The translations under genes and the position numbers were made by a program. Below, in pieces: positions 1 to 9,534 of a stretch of 64,000 nt of DNA (positions within the stretch are counted from its first letter, which is position 1; every line of letters starts with the position of its first letter). The notes below the pieces were generated by a model that was given only the letters and a program-made list of their open reading frames with translations, was not told the DNA's origin and did no database searches. Source of the stretch: an uncultured Deinococcaceae bacterium (GTDB lineage: Bacteria > Deinococcota > Deinococci > Deinococcales > Deinococcaceae); assembly GCA_964252075.1 (NCBI GenBank), contig CAXULY010000002.1, forward strand, positions 96,001 through 160,000, written 5' to 3'.

Positions 1-184
1 GGTGTGGGGGCGAACCGAGGATGTGGGGAACACGCTGGATGTGCACGTGCATCACCTGCGCGTGAAACTGGCGCGGCTGACGTCCCGCATCGTGATCCGC
101 AGTCAACGCGGCGCGGGGTACGCCCTCCAGCGCGCGCACAACCCGGCAGCGCAAGCGGACGGCGCGGGCGACAACATTCACTGA
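1..184 (+). CDS. OmpR/PhoB-family response regulator, C-terminal fragment (5' end outside window)
   Basis: VWG...NTLDVHVHHLRVKL...IRSQRGAGYAL matches the winged-helix effector domain. Confidence 0.85.
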   Translation, partial: VWGRTEDVGNTLDVHVHHLRVKLARLTSRIVIRSQRGAGYALQRAHNPAAQADGAGDNIH

Positions 185-610
185 TGCGCCCCGCGGTGCG
201 CTGAATGGACAGGTTTACGGGAACGGTGCCGCACCTGCACCGTGGGCGCTCACTGGCCAAGACGCGGCGCGGCCCATTACCGGTCACAAGGGCGCGGATG
301 CTCCAGGCACGCAGCGCCACACGACCCATCGGACATAGCCCTGGGCAGTTGCACACAGCGCTGCAACCTGACGGATATCTAGCGTTTGAGAGCTGCCACC
401 CGCGGGAACGGGCATGGGAGTGCTGGCGGCACGCTGGCGCGCGTGCGGTTCACGGCGCACAACCCGTTCGGGGAGATGAGCGAGAACCTGATGGCGGTGC
501 GGGTGTTCGGGAACTGGCGGTATGGAGCGGTGACGCTGCCCAGCCAGGCACTGGTGTTCGTCGCGTGGAGGCCCTGCCGTTGGGGCGTCACCCACTCAGC
601 GGCATGGAGC

Positions 611-631
611 GCGGAGGTCGCTCGCCTCCGC
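611..631. terminator. Hairpin just downstream of the MFS gene
   Basis: GCGGAGG-N7-CCTCCGC inverted repeat. Confidence 0.4.
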
Positions 632-639
632 CCGTGTGG

Positions 640-1962
640 TCATGAGCTGGTGGGGAGGCGTGTGCTCGCGAGCCACGTGAGGAGGGACGCAAGCAGCACC
701 ACCGCGAACGCCAGCGCGAAGGCCAGGGGGAGCGGCGCGACGCGCGCGACGAGTGAGCCCGTGAGGCCCGCCGCGACCGCGTTCATCAGCACCTCGATGT
801 TCGCAAGCTGCCCGGACAGGCGGCCCGACGCGTCCCGCGCGCTGCTCGCCATCGCGAGCAGGCTGTTGCTGTTGTACCCGACGCCCATGCCGACGCAGCA
901 CACCAGCCACCCGGCGTACGCGAACCCCACGGGCCACACCCCCAGCACGGGGAGCGCGGTGGCGATCAGGCCGAGCGTCACCGCGAGCATGCCGCCCCGC
1001 ACGCGCCACGCGCGGGAGGACACGCCGTAGCGCTCCTCCAGGCGGGACTGCAGGAGTGACCCGAGGGTCCAGGACACGCCGCCGACGCTCACCAGCAGCC
1101 CTCCCTGCGTGAGGTTCAGGGCGTGCAGTTCGCGCATGGCGAGCGGCAGGAACGATGCGGTGCCCAGCACCGCGAACGCCGCGAGGCCGCGCAGCATCAG
1201 GGCGGCGGGGAGGCCGCGCGCGATGCGCCACAGCCCGCGCGGGAACAACGCGCGCGTGGCGAGCACCACCCCAAACGCCCCGCCAAGCGCAAGCGCCCAC
1301 GCGGCGGCGCCCGGTTCCCGGAAGGCCTCGATGAGCGCCCCGGCGGACACGGTGAGCAGCAGCGCCGGTCCCAGCTGGGGTGCCGCGCTGGGCACGCTGG
1401 GGGGCGGGCGCTGGCGGAGCGGCGCGACGCACAGCGGCGCGAACAGCGCGAGGAGGGGCAGGAGCCCCCAGAACACCGCGCGCCACGACCACGTCTGCGC
1501 GACGAGGCTGGCGATGAGCGGGCCGATCAGGGCGGGCAGCAGCCAGGCGCTCGACACGAGGGCCAGCATGCGGGCGCGCAGCGCCTCGGGGTAGTGCGTG
1601 GTGATGACCGCGAACGGGAGCGCGCCGAGGCCGCCCGCGCCGAGGCCCTGGAGGAAGCGGCCCATCACGAAGACCGGCATGCTGGGCGCGAACGCCACCA
1701 CCAGCAGGCCCGCCGCGAAGACGCACAGACTGGCGGTGGCGGAGGGGGCGGGACCGCGGCGGTCGGAGAGCGCGCCCGCACTGACCGCGCCGAACAGGCT
1801 GCCGAGCAGGAAGGCGCTGGAGGCCCAGCCGTACAGGTTCAGGCCGTGCAGGTCCTCGGTGACGCGCGGGAGGACGGTGGACACGGCGTTCGATTCGAAC
1901 GCGACGATCACGATGACCAGCAGCAGGCCGACCGTGAGCGTCCGGTGGGTGGGAGCGAACAC
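640..1962 (-). CDS. MFS transporter (drug:H+ antiporter-like)
   Basis: 440 aa, many hydrophobic segments, GALSDRRG loop motif, GRFLQGLGAG motif. Confidence 0.9.
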   Translation of the reverse strand: MFAPTHRTLTVGLLLVIVIVAFESNAVSTVLPRVTEDLHGLNLYGWASSAFLLGSLFGAVSAGALSDRRGPAPSATASLCVFAAGLLVVAFAPSMPVFVMGRFLQGLGAGGLGALPFAVITTHYPEALRARMLALVSSAWLLPALIGPLIASLVAQTWSWRAVFWGLLPLLALFAPLCVAPLRQRPPPSVPSAAPQLGPALLLTVSAGALIEAFREPGAAAWALALGGAFGVVLATRALFPRGLWRIARGLPAALMLRGLAAFAVLGTASFLPLAMRELHALNLTQGGLLVSVGGVSWTLGSLLQSRLEERYGVSSRAWRVRGGMLAVTLGLIATALPVLGVWPVGFAYAGWLVCCVGMGVGYNSNSLLAMASSARDASGRLSGQLANIEVLMNAVAAGLTGSLVARVAPLPLAFALAFAVVLLASLLTWLASTRLPTSS

Positions 1963-2028
1963 CGGGTCACTCTAGCGACCGCTTGGGGTTCCTCAGGCGC
2001 TCCATGAAGGCGCGCCCGCTTTGCTGCC

Positions 2029-3192
2029 TCAGTGGCGGGGGGCGGTGAGTCGGCGGGCGGCTTCGTCCAGCACCGCGTCGGATTTGCAGAACGCGAAGCG
2101 CAGGGCGGGGGGCGCGGCGCGGGGCGTGGCGTTGAACACCTGCATGGGGAGCGCGGCGACGCCCGCGTTCAGCAGCAGGTGGCGCGCGGTGTCCGCCTCG
2201 TTGGGCCCGAGGGCGGAGGCGTCCGCCACGAGGAAGTACCCGCCGTCCGCGCGGTGCGGGGGGAGGTGCGCGGCGTGCAGCGCCCCCGCGAGGCGGTCGC
2301 GCCGCGCGCGGAAGGCGGCGCGCGTGGACTCGAAGTACCCGGCGCCCGAGGCGCGCGCGAGGCCTTCCGTGAGCGCGACCTGCAGGGGCGTGGGGGCCGC
2401 GAAGGTCACGAAGCCGTGCCCGCCGCGCAGCGCGGCCGTGATGTCCGGCGGCGCGACGGCCCACCCGAGGCGCCAGCCGGTGACGGAGAAGAGCTTCCCG
2501 GCGGACCCGACGGTGACGGTGCGTTCGCGCATGCCGGGCAGGGACGCGATGGTGGTGTGCACGCCCTCGTACACGAGGTGGTCGTACACCTCGTCGGAGA
2601 GGACGTACAGGTCGTGCGCCACGGCGAGCCGGGCGAGCGCGTCGAGGTCCGCGCGGGTGAAGACGGCGCCTGTGGGGTTGTGCGGGGTGTTGAGGATGAT
2701 CGCCTGCGTGCGCGGGGTGAGGGCGGCGGCGATGGCGGGCACGTCGAGGCGCCAGCCGCCCGCGTCGTCCGGCGCGAGGGGGACGGGCGTGACGGTGCCG
2801 CCCGCGAGTTGCACCTGCGGGATGTACATGTCGTACAGCGGTTCGAGCACGATGACGTCGTCGCCGGGGTTGATAAGGGCCTGGGTGGCGGCGTGCATCG
2901 CTTCGGTCGCGCCGACCGTCACGGTGATCTCGGCGTCCGGGTCGGGGGTGAAGCCGAGGGTGAGCGTGAGGAACGCGGCGAGCGCCTCGCGCAGCGCGGG
3001 GAGTCCGGCGGGCGGCGCGTACTGCTGGGGGCCGTCCGCGGCGGCGCGCAGGGCGCCGAGGATGAAGTCGGGCGGCGGGAAGTCCGGGAAGCCCTGCCCG
3101 AGGTTCACGGCGCCGTGCTGCTGCGCGAGGCGCGTGAGTTCCGCGAAGACGGAGGGGCCGAAGTGCCGGGCGCGCGCCGCGAGGGGCTTCAT
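2029..3192 (-). CDS. Class I/II PLP-dependent aminotransferase (methionine/kynurenine aminotransferase-like)
   Basis: [24 protein letters not shown] and [15 protein letters not shown] motifs; start placed at MKPLAAR. Confidence 0.9.
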   Translation of the reverse strand: MKPLAARARHFGPSVFAELTRLAQQHGAVNLGQGFPDFPPPDFILGALRAAADGPQQYAPPAGLPALREALAAFLTLTLGFTPDPDAEITVTVGATEAMHAATQALINPGDDVIVLEPLYDMYIPQVQLAGGTVTPVPLAPDDAGGWRLDVPAIAAALTPRTQAIILNTPHNPTGAVFTRADLDALARLAVAHDLYVLSDEVYDHLVYEGVHTTIASLPGMRERTVTVGSAGKLFSVTGWRLGWAVAPPDITAALRGGHGFVTFAAPTPLQVALTEGLARASGAGYFESTRAAFRARRDRLAGALHAAHLPPHRADGGYFLVADASALGPNEADTARHLLLNAGVAALPMQVFNATPRAAPPALRFAFCKSDAVLDEAARRLTAPRH

Positions 3193-3377
3193 GGGTGGCG
3201 CCTGCTGGGGTGGGTGGAGTGGTGGGGCATGGCGTGGGCCCGCGCGGGGGTACGGGCAGCCTAGGGAAAGAGACAAAAGAAGTCAACAATTGGGTCGTGG
3301 GCGCATGCCGCTCGCGTCTAGACGCCTCCAGGTGGGCGTGAACGCGCCCCAGGGCGCCACGCGGCACGCGGCAATAG

Positions 3378-3406
3378 TTGACAAGATTTATCAATTGACT
3401 TAAGCT
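3378..3406 (+). promoter_or_regulatory. Sigma70-type promoter of the ssu operon
   Basis: TTGACA-N17-TAAGCT in an AT-rich patch just upstream of the riboswitch. Confidence 0.75.
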
Positions 3407-3438
3407 CCGGGCAGCCCGCTCGAAGGAGCAGGGCCACA

Positions 3439-3625
3439 CTGATCCAGAGCGGCTGAGGGACTGGCCCCATGACGCCGCAGCAACCGGAGACGAACCGTGA
3501 ACCCTACCCAGCCGCGCCCCCACACCAATTGTCCGGCCTGTTCGGACGCCCGCTGCTGACCCAGGTTCACCACCCACCTCACGGTGCTCAATGCCAGCCC
3601 ACGCGCCCGCCGTGGGACCGATCAG
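3439..3625 (+). ncRNA. SAM-I (S-box) riboswitch with extended P3
   Basis: P1 CTGATC...GATCAG; ATCCAGAG, GAGGGACTGGCCC, TGAcgCC, GCAACC and GGTGCTCAATGCC core motifs; upstream of sulfur-scavenging genes. Confidence 0.9.
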
Positions 3626-3836
3626 GGGAGAAGACCACCTCTCCTCTGGAAAGGAGCAGACATGGCCTTCCCCGGCCCCCTCACACGATGTCGCCCCCAC
3701 CGCCCCACCACGGCCCAGCGCTGAACCGCGCCTGACCGCCCCCCTTCACCCGCCCGCGCGGAAAGGGCACATCACCCATGCACCCCACCGGAGGCCCACG
3801 GCCCCCGGACGGCCCCCCATGGCCCGAGGAGTCCCC

Positions 3837-4991
3837 ATGACCACCCCAGACCAGCACCCCAGCCCCGACATCTACTGGTTCATTCCGTCCGGCGGTGACG
3901 GCCGTCAGCTGGGGCAGCCCAGCCGCCCCGCGCACTTCTCGTACCTCAGTTCCGTCGCGCAGGCCGCCGACACCCTCGGCTACGACGGCGTGCTGCTCCC
4001 CACCGGCGGCAACAACGAGGACACCATCGTCGTCGCGAGCGCCCTCACGGCCCTCACGCGGCAACTGCGCTTCCTGGTCGCGCTGCGTCCCGGCCTCATC
4101 ACGCCCGTCCTCGCGGCGCGGCTCACCGCGTCCCTCGACCGCATCAGCAACGGCCGCGTGAACCTGAACATCGTGTCGGGCAGCGGCTCGCAGGACTTCG
4201 AGGGCCTGAACCTCACGCAGGCGCAACGCTACGCCCTCACGGACGAGTGGCTCGCGGTGTTCCGCGCGCTGCTGCGCGGCGAGACCGTCAGTCACGACGG
4301 CCCCTACCTGAACGTGCAGAACGCGCGCTCGCCCCTGCCGAGCGTGCAGCGCCCCTATCCACCCATCTACTTCGGGGGGTCCAGCGACCCGGCGCTCAGC
4401 ATCGCGGGGGAGCACGTGGACGTGTACCTCAGCTGGGGTGAGCGGCCCGGCGAGGTCGCGGAGAAGTTCGGGCAGGTGCGCGCCGCGGCCGCCCGGCACG
4501 GCCGCAGCGTGCGCTTCGGGCTGCGCGCGCACATCATCGTGCGTGAAACCGAGGAGGAAGCCTGGGCCGCCGCCGACGACCTGATCGCGGGCCTCAGCGA
4601 CGACGACATCGCGCGCGCCCAGGCGGCCTTCGGGCAGAGCGGGTCGGTCGGGCAGAGCCGCATGGCGCGCCTGCACGGCGGGAACCGCGACGCGCTGCGC
4701 ATCGGGAAGAACCTGTGGGCGGGCGTGGGCCTCGTGCGCGGCGGCGCGGGCACCGCCTTCGTCGGGAACCCCGAGAACGTCGCGGCGGCGCTGCGCGAGT
4801 ACCAGGCGATCGGGGTGGACACCTTCGTGCTGTCCGGCTACCCGCACCTGGAGGAAGCGTACCGCACGGCGGAACTGCTGTTCCCGCTGCTGGGCAAGAC
4901 CAGCCCCGTCTTCACGCGCCGCCCGGACGAGCCCGCCACACTGACCGCCACGCCCGTGCACGCCCCCATCGGGCGCTTCCAGAGCATCTGA
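3837..4991 (+). CDS. ssuD: Alkanesulfonate monooxygenase (LLM class, FMNH2-dependent)
   Basis: YWFIPSGGDG N-terminus, FLVALRPG, NLWAGVGLVRGGAGTA, LSGYPHLEEAY; GAGGAG RBS. Confidence 0.9.
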   Translation: MTTPDQHPSPDIYWFIPSGGDGRQLGQPSRPAHFSYLSSVAQAADTLGYDGVLLPTGGNNEDTIVVASALTALTRQLRFLVALRPGLITPVLAARLTASLDRISNGRVNLNIVSGSGSQDFEGLNLTQAQRYALTDEWLAVFRALLRGETVSHDGPYLNVQNARSPLPSVQRPYPPIYFGGSSDPALSIAGEHVDVYLSWGERPGEVAEKFGQVRAAAARHGRSVRFGLRAHIIVRETEEEAWAAADDLIAGLSDDDIARAQAAFGQSGSVGQSRMARLHGGNRDALRIGKNLWAGVGLVRGGAGTAFVGNPENVAAALREYQAIGVDTFVLSGYPHLEEAYRTAELLFPLLGKTSPVFTRRPDEPATLTATPVHAPIGRFQSI

Positions 4992-5095
4992 ACGGGCCCG
5001 TCAGGGCGCCGTCCGCGATAAACCACCCCACGAGCCCAGGCCCGGCGCACCTTGCGCGCCGGGCGGGAAGCAACACACCCCCACAGGAGCACAGC

Positions 5096-6076
5096 ATGAC
5101 TCACCCCCGAACCAGCCTCCACGCCCTCGCGCTCAGCGCCCTCGCCCTGCTGGGCGGCGCGGGCGCCGTGACCTTCAACATCGGGTACCAGAAGGGTGGC
5201 CTGCCGAACCTCCTGCGCGCCCGCGGCACCCTTGACGCCGCGAAAGCGCAGGGCATCACCTTCACGTGGACGCTGTTCACCGCCGGGCCGCCCCTGCTGG
5301 AAGCCGCGAATGCGGGCGCCGTGGATTTCGGAAGCGTCGGGGACGCGCCCGGCGTGTTCGCGCTGGCGGGCGGCGCGGACCTCAAATACGTCGCGGTGAG
5401 TGAAGGCCGCAGCGACACCAGCGAAGCGATCGTCGTGAGCGGCACCTCCACCCTCCGCAGCGTGCGCGACCTGAGGGGCAAACGCATCGGCGTGGCGCGC
5501 GGCTCCAGCGCGCACTACTTCCTGTACAACGCCCTGAAGGCCGCGGGCCTGAGCTTCAAGGACGTGACGGTCGTGCCGCTCCTCCCGCCCGACGCGCGCC
5601 CCGCCTTCGAGTCCGGCAGCATCGACGCGTGGGCGGTGTGGGACCCGTACCTGACGGTCGCGCTGCAGGGCACGAACGCGCGCGTCCTGCGCGACCACAG
5701 GGGCCTCCCGCGCAGCAGCAGCTACTACCTCGCGTCCAGCCGCGCGCTGCAGGACCCCGAGAAGAAACGCGCGCTGGCGGTGCTGCTCGCCGCGCTGCAG
5801 GACACCGCCAGCTGGGCGAACAAGAACCAGAAGGCCGTCATCCAGCAGTTCAGCAGCGAACTGGGCATCCCGCAGGACGTGCTGGCCGTGACCGTCCCGA
5901 AGAGCCTGCCCTTCAACATCCGCCCGTTCCGCGCGAGCGACACGCGCGCCCTGCAGGGCCTCGCGGACGCCTTTTTGGAGGTGGGCGTGCTGCCGCGCGC
6001 CCCGAAGTTCGGCGCGGGTCAGTACGTCACGCTGCCGGACTTCACGGCGGGCCTCGCCGCGCAGGGCCAGAAGTGA
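5096..6076 (+). CDS. ssuA: Aliphatic sulfonate ABC transporter substrate-binding protein
   Basis: Signal peptide, IGYQK, FTAGPPLLEA, DAWAVWDPY; AGGAG RBS. Confidence 0.9.
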   Translation: MTHPRTSLHALALSALALLGGAGAVTFNIGYQKGGLPNLLRARGTLDAAKAQGITFTWTLFTAGPPLLEAANAGAVDFGSVGDAPGVFALAGGADLKYVAVSEGRSDTSEAIVVSGTSTLRSVRDLRGKRIGVARGSSAHYFLYNALKAAGLSFKDVTVVPLLPPDARPAFESGSIDAWAVWDPYLTVALQGTNARVLRDHRGLPRSSSYYLASSRALQDPEKKRALAVLLAALQDTASWANKNQKAVIQQFSSELGIPQDVLAVTVPKSLPFNIRPFRASDTRALQGLADAFLEVGVLPRAPKFGAGQYVTLPDFTAGLAAQGQK

Positions 6077-6903
6077 CGCGGGAGGCCGTGACGACCGCGG
6101 GAAGCGCGCGCCGGACCGCTCCCCGCGCCGCGCGCGCGCCGCGCACGCCGTCCGGCGGGTGGCTGCGCTGGGTGGTGCCGGTGCTGATCGTGGCGGTGTG
6201 GCAGCTGGCGTCCAGCGTGGGGTGGCTGAACCCGCGCGTGCTGCCCGCCCCCACCGCCGTGCTGGACGCCTTCTGGACCCTCACGGTGAGTGGCGAGCTG
6301 CCGCGCCACTTCGCGATCAGCCTGCAGCGCGCCGGTCTGGGCGTGCTGATCGGCGGGGGTCTGGGCTTCGCGCTGGGCCTCGCGACGGGCACCTCGCGCA
6401 CCCTGCACCTGCTGCTGGACAGCAGCCTCCAGATGATCCGCGCCGTGCCGAACCTCGCGCTGATCCCCCTGGTGATCCTGTGGTTCGGGGTGGGTGAGGC
6501 GGGCAAGGTGTTCCTGATCGCGCTCGCCACCTTGTTCCCCATGTACCTGAACACCCTGCATGGCGTGCGCAGCATCGACCCGCGCCTCACGGAGATGGCG
6601 CGCGCCTACGGCCTGACGCCCGCCGAGACCTTCCGCCGTGTGATCCTGCCGGGCGCACTGCCGTCCGTGCTGGTGGGGTTGCGGTACGCGCTCGGCATCT
6701 CGTGGCTGGCGCTGGTGGTGAGCGAGTCCTTCGGCGCGACGAGCGGCATCGGCTTCCTCGCCATGGACGCCCGGGAGTTCTTCCGCACCGACGTGATCGT
6801 GCTCGCCATCGTCGTGTACGCCCTGATCGGCAAGGCCGCCGACAGCCTCGTGCGCGCCCTGGAGGCGCGCTGGCTGCCGTGGCGCGACGGGGGCCGCGCG
6901 TGA
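6073..6903 (+). CDS. ssuC: Aliphatic sulfonate ABC transporter permease
   Basis: VPNLALIPLVILWFG, FPMYLNT, LPGALPS; GTGA overlap with ssuA. Confidence 0.9.
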   Translation: MTREAVTTAGSARRTAPRAARAPRTPSGGWLRWVVPVLIVAVWQLASSVGWLNPRVLPAPTAVLDAFWTLTVSGELPRHFAISLQRAGLGVLIGGGLGFALGLATGTSRTLHLLLDSSLQMIRAVPNLALIPLVILWFGVGEAGKVFLIALATLFPMYLNTLHGVRSIDPRLTEMARAYGLTPAETFRRVILPGALPSVLVGLRYALGISWLALVVSESFGATSGIGFLAMDAREFFRTDVIVLAIVVYALIGKAADSLVRALEARWLPWRDGGRA

Positions 6904-7658
6904 GCGCGCCATCCACGCACGCCGCGCCCAGCCTGGGCGCCCTCGCCGACGGCGGCGCGCGCGTCACGGCGGAAGGCCTGGAAGTCCGGTACGGGGACCG
7001 CGTGGTGCTGGCCGGCCTGGACCTGCACATCCCGGCGGGTGAGCGCCTCGCGGTGGTGGGTGAGAGCGGCGGCGGCAAGACCACCCTGCTGCGCGTCCTG
7101 GCGGGCCTCACGGCGCCCAGCGCGGGGCGCCTGCAGGTCACGCAGGCGCACGCGCCCGTGCGGGTGCGCGTGATGTTCCAGGAGGACCGCCTGCTGCCGT
7201 GGCTCACGGCGCGCGACAATGCCGCGCTCGGCCTGGACCGGGCGGGCCGCGCGCTCGCGGATGTCGCCCTGCGCGGCGTGGGCCTCTCGGAGCGCGCGGG
7301 CGCCCTTCCGCAGGCGCTGTCGGGCGGGCAGCGGCAGCGCGTGGCGCTCGCCCGCGCGCTCGCGCACCGCCCGTCCCTGCTGCTGCTCGACGAGCCCTTC
7401 GGGGCGCTGGACGCCCTCACGCGCGCCGACATGCACGACCTGCTCAACGCCCTGCTGGACGAGACGCGCGCCACGACCGTCCTCGTCACGCACGACATCG
7501 ACGAGGCGCTCAAGCTGGCGGACCGCGTGCTGGTGCTGCGCGCCGGGCACGTCGCGACGGACGTGCGCGTCACGCCGCCCCGCCCCCGCCGCCGCGCGGA
7601 CCTGCTCGCCCTGCGCGAGCAGCTGGAGGCGGAACTGCGCGGGCACACCCCGGCCTGA
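6900..7658 (+). CDS. ssuB: Aliphatic sulfonate ABC transporter ATP-binding protein
   Basis: Walker A GESGGGKT, LSGGQRQR, LLLDEPF; GTGA overlap with ssuC. Confidence 0.9.
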   Translation: MSAPSTHAAPSLGALADGGARVTAEGLEVRYGDRVVLAGLDLHIPAGERLAVVGESGGGKTTLLRVLAGLTAPSAGRLQVTQAHAPVRVRVMFQEDRLLPWLTARDNAALGLDRAGRALADVALRGVGLSERAGALPQALSGGQRQRVALARALAHRPSLLLLDEPFGALDALTRADMHDLLNALLDETRATTVLVTHDIDEALKLADRVLVLRAGHVATDVRVTPPRPRRRADLLALREQLEAELRGHTPA

Positions 7659-7665
7659 GGGCTGC

Positions 7666-7707
7666 CGGTGGGGCCGGGCGGCGCGCGCCGCCCGGCCCCA
7701 CCGCTTT
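7666..7707. terminator. Probable bidirectional terminator (38-bp perfect palindrome)
   Basis: CGGTGGGGCCGGGCGGCGC|GCGCCGCCCGGCCCCACCG followed by a short T tract, between convergent genes. Confidence 0.75.
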
Positions 7708-7710
7708 CCC

Positions 7711-9126
7711 CTACCAGCCGACGCGAACGATGAGCCCCTTCGGGTCCCCGACCTCCAGGTACGCGGCCTGCTGGTTCACGTCGTCGTACGCGAAGCCGTA
7801 GGCGAGACCGCCCAGGCTGTGCCGGTGCCAGAAGCGCGCGTAGAAGTTCGCGGGCGCGTTCAGGTAGTACTGCGAGGGCGTGCCGCGCGCGGCGGCGTTC
7901 TCGTACACGTGCCGGTTGATGGCGGCGCACGCGGCGGCGTCCGCGGCGTTCCCGTTGCACAGCAGGATCTCCTGCGTGGTGGGCTTCGTGGCGGTGGTGG
8001 TCCAGACCTGATTCACGTACGCCGCGAAGTAATTCCCCTGCGGGCCGCCCGCGCGGAAATCACCGAAGATCGGCGCGACGATGCGGTACGGCGCCTGGAT
8101 GTTCGCAAGGTGCGTGAACGCGCCCGGCACCTCCGCGCGGAAGGCGCTGAAGATCGCGGCGCGCGACTCGGATTCCGGTTCGCCCACCGTGCGGTCGTAG
8201 GTGCCCGCGCGGTTCACGAGGCGGTGCTCCAGGGGGAACCCGAAGGCGTCCACGCGCGTGGTGTTGCCGTGGTAGCCGGAGTCGTTTACGGTGAACTCGA
8301 TGAAGTCGAAGTACACGTCGCGGTTCGGGTCGCCGGGGTTGTTGATGTCCGGCCCCGCGAAGCCCGCGTCGAAAGTCCGGATGAAGCACGGGGTGCCCAC
8401 GCACAGGAACATCCGTCCGGAGGTCACGCGCGGGAGGCTCGCCCACGCGGCGTCACTCACGCGGTGGTAGATGTTCGCGTAGTTCACGTTGTTCTTCGTG
8501 AGGTGCCCCGCCGCGTCGTTCAGCGCGGCGGAGGTGGGCTGCAGCTGGCCGTTCAGGTCGAGGTAACTCCAGCGGTTGTTCGCGGGGTTGATGCCCAGCA
8601 CCCCCCAGTACAGCTGGTTGTCGGCGTACGCGCCGTTCGTCCCGTTCATGACCTTGAGCGCCATGACGCCGTTGCCCGACGGAGCGGGAATCGCGGACGC
8701 GGGCACCGAGCCGATGGAACCCGAGGGGCCGCTCGGGGGCGGCGTGCTGCCGCCCACCGTGAAGCGTTCGGTGGGCGTGTCGTACGCGGGCGTGCCGTTG
8801 TTGTACGTGAAGCTGTACGCGAGGGTGTCGCCCGTCGTGACGCCCACGCGCTGCTCGTACCGGCCGGCGGTGGCGTTGTACGTCATGCGCAGGTTCTGCT
8901 GCCCGCCCGCGTTGAGGGTATAGTGCACGTCCACCCAGGTGGTGTTCACGCTGGACTTGAACCAGACGGTGGCGGTGGAACCCGCGACGCTCACGCCGCT
9001 CGTATAATCCGCGGCGGCCGCCCGGACGGGCGCGCCAGCGGTGACGGGCGGGGCGGCGGGTTCACCGCATGCGGCGAGGGCGAGGGTGAGGGAAGTCAGG
9101 ACAGCGACGCGCCAGGGGTGGGTCAT
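7711..9126 (-). CDS. GH64 beta-1,3-glucanase lipoprotein with N-terminal CBM56-like domain
   Basis: Lipobox LAAC; WVDVHY...QNLRM...YSFTY CBM; DFIEFT, NTTRVDAFGFP, YGFAYDDV GH64 motifs. Confidence 0.85.
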   Translation of the reverse strand: MTHPWRVAVLTSLTLALAACGEPAAPPVTAGAPVRAAAADYTSGVSVAGSTATVWFKSSVNTTWVDVHYTLNAGGQQNLRMTYNATAGRYEQRVGVTTGDTLAYSFTYNNGTPAYDTPTERFTVGGSTPPPSGPSGSIGSVPASAIPAPSGNGVMALKVMNGTNGAYADNQLYWGVLGINPANNRWSYLDLNGQLQPTSAALNDAAGHLTKNNVNYANIYHRVSDAAWASLPRVTSGRMFLCVGTPCFIRTFDAGFAGPDINNPGDPNRDVYFDFIEFTVNDSGYHGNTTRVDAFGFPLEHRLVNRAGTYDRTVGEPESESRAAIFSAFRAEVPGAFTHLANIQAPYRIVAPIFGDFRAGGPQGNYFAAYVNQVWTTTATKPTTQEILLCNGNAADAAACAAINRHVYENAAARGTPSQYYLNAPANFYARFWHRHSLGGLAYGFAYDDVNQQAAYLEVGDPKGLIVRVGW

Positions 9127-9287
9127 GGTGTGGTCCTCGCTGGGAAGGAGCCGGGCGCGGGGCGCCCCGGCAGGCACGGGCGAGTCAAGGACGATGTGGC
9201 CGGGCGGCGCGGAGGCGGGCCGCGAAGTTCTGGGGCGCGGGCGGGAAGTGTCCCGCCCGCTGCCTCGCGGAGCCTGATGCGCTTCTC

Positions 9288-9321
9288 GGTCAGGAATAGA
9301 GGTCCTTGCTGCTGTATTTCA
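9288..9321 (+). repeat. Left attachment-site arm
   Basis: 25/34 identical to the reverse complement of 18565-18598. Confidence 0.7.
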
Positions 9322-9348
9322 TAGGGCGAACGCCGGTGAGGCACGCCC

Positions 9349-9498
9349 ATGCGTGAGCATCACGCCCTGCTGGTGAAGGTGACGGCGAGCGGGCCGCACC
9401 AACTGTACCTGGTGCGGCCCACGCTTGAGCAGTTGCAGGAGCGCCTCACGTGGTACGCGGCGGGCGGCTGGGTGGTGGTGCGGGTGTGGAGCGCGTAA
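9349..9498 (+). CDS. Small hypothetical protein (49 aa, MREHHALLVKVTASG...VRVWSA)
   Basis: GGTGAGG upstream, GC3-rich codons; below the ORF-track cutoff. Confidence 0.45.
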   Translation: MREHHALLVKVTASGPHQLYLVRPTLEQLQERLTWYAAGGWVVVRVWSA

Positions 9499-9534
9499 CG
9501 CCCAGCTAACGCAATGAGTGTATGGTGAGCGGGT

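Noticed and set aside
205..600. ORFs or structured RNA between the response regulator and the MFS gene
   Set aside because: Several conflicting short frames, none with supporting motifs
3313..3325. GCGTCTAGACGC palindrome as a DasR-like site
   Set aside because: Isolated, in a sulfur/aminotransferase context, without the flanks seen at the chitinases
9270..9300. Direct-repeat att core or target-site duplication at the element ends
   Set aside because: Only a 3-bp CGG is shared with the right end; not significant alone
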